Positions 59,411 to 64,000 of a stretch of 64,000 nt of DNA are shown here, piece after piece (position 1 is the first letter of the stretch; the number at the start of each line of letters is the position of its first letter). Under the pieces are notes generated by a model. The model saw only the letters and a program-made list of their open reading frames with translations. It ran no database searches and had not been told where the DNA came from. The translations under genes and the position numbers were made by a program. Source of the stretch: an uncultured Eubacteriales bacterium (GTDB taxonomy: Bacteria; Acidobacteriota; Aminicenantia; Aminicenantales; Aminicenantaceae); assembly GCA_964435925.1 (NCBI GenBank), contig CAYTBG010000002.1, positions 1,833 through 65,832 on the forward strand, read 5' to 3'.

Positions 59411-60184
59411 CGTGTTAAAAGATCACACACAAAAGAAATATATGTAGAAGATCAATAAAATCAGATCCATTGTATGGTTTATGATATTTTGTGGAGGGAT
59501 TTTCGCTCTCGTGGAAACCTCCCTTTGATTTTAAAAAAAGTGCAGTCGAGTCATATTTCTGAGGGTGAATTTCATATTGTTTCTAAACATTTTTTTATTC
59601 CTTTAGGGGCAAGTTTTATATCGCGGCATTAATTGGTTCGCTCTATCTTTATAAACGTATTATCGAACAAATAGGCTTATTCCAATTCTTATCTATTTCG
59701 TTGCTTTTTGACCGTTTCTCAAAACTGCCGAATTCTGTAGTTCTCAGTATTAATATGAATGAACTAAATGTCATGCAGGGGGAGTGCATAGGACTGGATC
59801 AAAGATGGCCTTTTATAGGGGGTGTATGCCTGCAAGCTCACTTTTCATGCCGAACGACCACCTCCCCCCCCTCAACTCGTCCAGAAGGAGCTGTTGATGG
59901 CAGCCGAAGAGAGGGGCGAGTATTTCTGAGAGCATCCTTGACTGCTTTTTTTCGATTTGAGAGGAGGAGTCTATTTTATAGCTTACTTTTTTGCTTTTTT
60001 TGTCGTTTTGTTTCTTTGTTTTATCCTTGACCTCATCTTTTTTCCTGTGATAGGCTCATTCCAAGACGTCAGTGCTTGGAAATTGTGAAAAATCGGACGA
60101 TATTTGATATTCCTCCAAAACCAAATTCTTCTATTTAAAAAATCTATGGTCCAAATGAGAACTCTCCTTCGGCTTTCCCTCTTT

Positions 60185-61954
60185 TTAATTATGTTCTGTT
60201 TCAGACCGCGGCTCGAGCTTCTGGTGTTCGATGATAATCCGGAGCCACCAGTCAGGATATTGGATGGTTTTTCTCTCTCTGGTCTCTTGGTTATAGATGA
60301 AGAGATGATTATATTTGACCAACAACTGGTCGCCCAGTTCCCACCAGGCCTCGATGACCCTCTCTGCATTGTTCAGACAATATGTGGTTAAAAACTCTCT
60401 TGCCAGGTCAGGATCTTGCTTGTAGAGATCCAGAGCAGCCTTGTCGATAGCCGCAGTGTTTTTCAGAGCCGGCTTTTCCCATTTTTCCCGGGCCTTTTTC
60501 ACGTCTTCGATAGCCAGTGAATAGGCGACCTGGGTGTGGAAACCGACATAATCAAATGCCCAGCGGGCAGATTTTCTATCAAAGACAAAATGGTCTCCGA
60601 TTTCGAAAGATTTGGGTATCCCGGTTATCCCGGCGCCATAAAGGGGCATGAAGCAGGAGGTATCCTGAGCGCCCCAAGCAAGCCAGACGATTCCTCCGAT
60701 GGGATGGGGAAGCCATCCTCTCGACTGGGTAACAGTAACGTACTCGGCGCGGTTGTCGCTGATAAATCTTTTAGTATCCCAGGTTTTTCCGTCAAATTTA
60801 TAGGGCCTGGTCAGATAGTTGGGATTGGAGAAAGGTCCGGCCTGGAGGGTCTCGCTCAAGTCGAAATGAGTTCCCTCGTATTTATCCCGGGTAAGACGTA
60901 TGACATCCTCCACGGACAACTTCTTATCCGGCTTAACAGAAAACGGAAAATCCATGTTGGGAACATCGGGGCTGAATTTTTTGGAAGAGGCCACAAGATC
61001 GAAGAATCTCCACAGGCGGCTATGCCATCCATGTGTGCTGTTTGCGCTTCCTTCTATCGGAGAATAGGCTTTTTTCCAGTTAAAAGGTTCACCGCTTTTT
61101 GGATCATAATAGCCGTTCTCTACGGCATAGGAGATAACATTAGCTGAAGCCATGAAATAATCGGGCTTGTTGAGGTCGATCTCTCCTATTCTTGACTCGT
61201 TGGGACAGACACTGACATGGTCGTCCGGCACGCGTTGGGCGCACCAGATGGCTCCTGGTTTTCCGGTTTTTGGATTCCACAAAGATCCCACAGGCATGAT
61301 TTCGAAGATCCATACCTCGTTGGGATCAGCCACAGCCAGCATCTCTCCATAATCAGTATGCCCATATCCATGCTCTTCAGCTAAAGAGCCCATGAGCTTG
61401 ATAGCCTCTCTCGCAGTCTTGCACCTTTCCATGGCCAGCAGTGTGAGCATGGTGATGTCGAATTTTGGCGCAGGTGTCAGGTTGTTCATCTTGGGGCGGC
61501 TGCCGATTGTGGATTCTCCTATCGCCAATTGCTGATCGTTCATGTACCCAAACGACCCGTGAACGAATGCGTAGGTATGAGCGATCTGTGGAATTTCAAG
61601 CCCAGTGAAGTTTTTCTCGTAAACCACCTCCCATTTCAATCCTTCCTCAGGCGGAAATGTCTTGAACTGATCAATATGGTAGATTTTACGCATGGAACCT
61701 GGCTCATGATCTGCTGCGGGGATGTAGCGCCAGGTCCAATCACATACACCACAGTCACAGGTGTGGGTTGTGATGACAGAGCCGTCGACAGATGCATTTT
61801 TTCCTACGATGATCACGGTACACCCTTTACTCGCATAGTCTGTGATCAGGCATTCATCTTGCTGCCCCTGAGAACCTTTTAGAGAGAATGCACTAAAGAG
61901 GCCCAAAGAGAGAAATAGAATGCCAACGATCAAAGAGAATTTTTTTTGATTCAC
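60185..61954 (-). CDS. C69-family (Ntn) dipeptidase, secreted
   Basis: Signal peptide, then GCTVIIVGKNASVDGSVITTH, the typical C69 N-terminal Cys-nucleophile region. Confidence 0.6.
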   Translation of the reverse strand: MNQKKFSLIVGILFLSLGLFSAFSLKGSQGQQDECLITDYASKGCTVIIVGKNASVDGSVITTHTCDCGVCDWTWRYIPAADHEPGSMRKIYHIDQFKTFPPEEGLKWEVVYEKNFTGLEIPQIAHTYAFVHGSFGYMNDQQLAIGESTIGSRPKMNNLTPAPKFDITMLTLLAMERCKTAREAIKLMGSLAEEHGYGHTDYGEMLAVADPNEVWIFEIMPVGSLWNPKTGKPGAIWCAQRVPDDHVSVCPNESRIGEIDLNKPDYFMASANVISYAVENGYYDPKSGEPFNWKKAYSPIEGSANSTHGWHSRLWRFFDLVASSKKFSPDVPNMDFPFSVKPDKKLSVEDVIRLTRDKYEGTHFDLSETLQAGPFSNPNYLTRPYKFDGKTWDTKRFISDNRAEYVTVTQSRGWLPHPIGGIVWLAWGAQDTSCFMPLYGAGITGIPKSFEIGDHFVFDRKSARWAFDYVGFHTQVAYSLAIEDVKKAREKWEKPALKNTAAIDKAALDLYKQDPDLAREFLTTYCLNNAERVIEAWWELGDQLLVKYNHLFIYNQETRERKTIQYPDWWLRIIIEHQKLEPRSETEHN

Positions 61955-62025
61955 GTTTACCTCCTAAAGATTGGATGGATGCAATTTATGTTGATGGCCC
62001 ATTCTCCAGAGATTCAGAAAAATCC

Positions 62026-62814
62026 TCATAATGATGGCTTTTCCCTTAAAACATTTTCAAGGTTTTGCGGCTTTCTGAGAACTGGACGCAATTTACACAG
62101 AAATTCATAAAGATCTTTTTTAGTTGGAAATTCTACCAGTCCTTCACTTCTTCTTTGGACTTCTCTGAAAAAAACATCATCGAAATATCCTGGGATAATC
62201 GTTGCTCCTCTGTATTCTCCCAAGGGCTTCAGGAAAATATACCCGTCAAACATGTGATCGATAGTCAGATCCTTTAGATAGGGAAGAACAAACGCTGCCC
62301 AGTCCCTGCCTTTCCAGTAGCCAAAAAACTCTATGGCATTGATAGCGAATAACGGAGTGGACAGATCAAAACCGACGGGCTTGCGTCGAGGATGATTCTT
62401 GTTTTCTTTCCAGACCGTTTTAAAGATCTCCAATACTTCCTGGTATCCCCAGCCGATAAAATCCGGGCCATCTCTCAGGATCTGAATAACCAGTTCCTCC
62501 CTGTATTCAGGGGAGTCTATGAACTCATCAGCCAGATGTTGCTGGGCCGTCGAGCTAAATTCTATAGCGACGTAGTCCAGCTGTGCTGTCTTATTATCGG
62601 AGATCTTTTTAATCGACTCGCTAATGAATTGAGCGGGGGCGTCAATCCAGTGATCTTCTCCAAGCATGACCAGATTGTGGGTTTTCAATTTCTCTATGAC
62701 GTACTCTTCTGGCGGCAGACTATTCTCCTTTAAATACTTGACGTATGCCTCGTCCGAAACAAGATAGGAATTTGGTTTTTGCGCTTGCCGTGCTTTACTC
62801 ACATTTTTATCCAA
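62026..62814 (-). CDS. hypothetical protein, possible ChaN/Tiki-superfamily member
   Basis: LVMLGEDHW resembles the ChaN LGExHD motif; otherwise unassigned. Confidence 0.35.
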   Translation of the reverse strand: MDKNVSKARQAQKPNSYLVSDEAYVKYLKENSLPPEEYVIEKLKTHNLVMLGEDHWIDAPAQFISESIKKISDNKTAQLDYVAIEFSSTAQQHLADEFIDSPEYREELVIQILRDGPDFIGWGYQEVLEIFKTVWKENKNHPRRKPVGFDLSTPLFAINAIEFFGYWKGRDWAAFVLPYLKDLTIDHMFDGYIFLKPLGEYRGATIIPGYFDDVFFREVQRRSEGLVEFPTKKDLYEFLCKLRPVLRKPQNLENVLREKPSL

Positions 62815-62846
62815 TTTCCGCCCTTTGACATCCCTTACAACCTATA

Positions 62847-63509
62847 TCATAGAGAAACTTTGTGGTCAAACACAGAGAAATCGGGAGAAGAGATATATTT
62901 ACAAAAAATATAATGAAGAAAGCTCAAACTGTGGAAACGCTCCTGCCGGTCTGAACCGCCCTCGGAAACAAGAAAATGAAGGTGGGAGTGAAGATTTATC
63001 CGGCTTCCAAACGACTGTATCACCGCGATAATCCCGGGCGTAAGCTCTCTGCCTGCAACCGCCTTGAAGTATTTCAGAAGTGCCTCTTTCCCGCAGAGAC
63101 AAAGACCTGAGAGAAGCGAACGGTTGTATTTGAAGAACACGCGCAGCATCTTAGGGATAGTGAAGACGACCTGGCGGTGAGGCACATCAAGGAGAAGCTT
63201 CTCTCTCATCCACTCTCCCCACTCCTCGCGTCTTTTGGAATGGCATGATGGGCAGAATCCACGAACTTTGCATGAGAAGGTCAACAATCTTTCCGTTCCA
63301 CAGTCAGGACATCGAATTCTTGCAAATCCACACTTCGGATTGCCGCAGTCCAAGTACTTGTCCACGACCTCTTGGATAACCGGACGGAAATATCCATACT
63401 CTCTCTCAAAGCGGTTCTCGTATTCTGAGAGAAACTTATCGAAGTAGTGGAAAAGTACTCTGTAGAGGATAGAGCGTTCTGGATGATGCTGACGATATAT
63501 CCCGGCCAT
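62847..63509 (-). mobile_element. IS91-family transposase fragment (zinc-binding N-domain + start of Y2 domain; C-terminal catalytic half missing)
   Basis: CPDCG...CKVRGFCPSC zinc-binding domain; ...IQSFGSRINLHSHLHFLVSEGG. 220 aa, whereas intact IS91-family transposases are roughly 400 aa. Confidence 0.6.
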
Positions 63510-64000
63510 TGAAGCAGAGATGATTCCGAAAACATGCCAAATTCCTGATTAAGCCGGAAGATGCTCATTTCCCATGGAAAAGATAGAGATCAAGTTATGT
63601 CTTGAATGGAAAGAGGTAAACAGCTGTTTACTTTTATGAAATTGACAAGTCAACTCTTGTTGCTTTGCAGAGCTTACGAGACTCGAAAAAGGAATTTACC
63701 TTGATGGCAAAAAGACAGCTCCAGCCAAGGTTGCTCAGCTTAATAAGAGAAATTAGATAGCCTCGGCTATTCAGACAATTATTTCGGCGAGACGGGAATC
63801 GACATCACCCAGGCTGACCGAACATTCTTCGTCAAGCTGGGTTATGCCTGGACGAGGTAAGTAATAATAAAAACTGATCTTTTTCAACTTCGATGCCATA
63901 GAGCATTATTAGAAATTCCTCAACCTTTTGAAGACTTGTTCTGCAGGACTTGTATGCGGATTTGTTGTGGAGTCTATCCTCGATTGTCAGTCTCATCTCT

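Noticed and set aside
59701-60030. 109-aa ORF in the long convergent intergenic region
   Set aside because: Low-complexity, Phe/Ser/Arg-rich translation, no RBS, spans poly-T tracts. Likely non-coding.
1-64000. CRISPR arrays, rRNA, tRNA
   Set aside because: No regularly spaced direct repeats with unique spacers, no rRNA-like conserved stretches and no cloverleaf candidates were seen on reading. A tRNAscan/Infernal run would be needed to exclude short RNAs formally.

Overview
Bacterial chromosomal segment, moderately AT-rich by eye, with no rRNA, tRNA or CRISPR that I can support. Gene content points to an uncultivated, possibly thermophile-like or Acidobacteria/Aminicenantes-like lineage: bifunctional FBP aldolase/phosphatase, TreT, MpgS, and an ADOP-type FtsX permease paired with PadR. 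Three blocks stand out. (1) ~1–25.3 kb is an accessory osmoadaptation-like region: trehalose synthase TreT, a fused OtsA-OtsB, an iron-containing alcohol dehydrogenase, a sodium:solute symporter, ribosomal protein S21, and a contiguous set of SDR epimerase, Ddl-family ATP-grasp ligase, AsnB-like glutamine amidotransferase and mannosyl-3-phosphoglycerate synthase, ending in rpoD. This block contains two internal segmental duplications (an epimerase plus ATP-grasp cassette twice, and a UspA plus 144-aa-protein cassette twice) and a ~215-bp conserved non-coding leader present twice. (2) 29.4–46.4 kb is a complete dcw cluster on the minus strand (mraZ-rsmH-ftsL-ftsI-murE-murF-mraY-murD-ftsW-murG-murC-ftsQ-ftsA-ftsZ, then a HutI-like amidohydrolase) with no murB or ddl. 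It is preceded by a textbook sigma70 promoter and three (T/C)GGGA repeats at 10-bp spacing that resemble an MraZ operator. (3) 46.7–64 kb carries housekeeping genes: NUDIX, FBP aldolase/phosphatase, M23 peptidase, AGCS symporter, cyclophilin, PadR plus ADOP permease, Asp racemase, EFR1-like ferredoxin and a C69 dipeptidase. It also holds a beta-lactamase-family gene remnant and a truncated IS91-family transposase. The most interesting hypothesis is that the epimerase/ATP-grasp/AsnB-like/MpgS group, next to treT and otsAB, is an undescribed compatible-solute pathway, either a mannosylglycerate amide-type solute or a NAGGN-like peptide amide.
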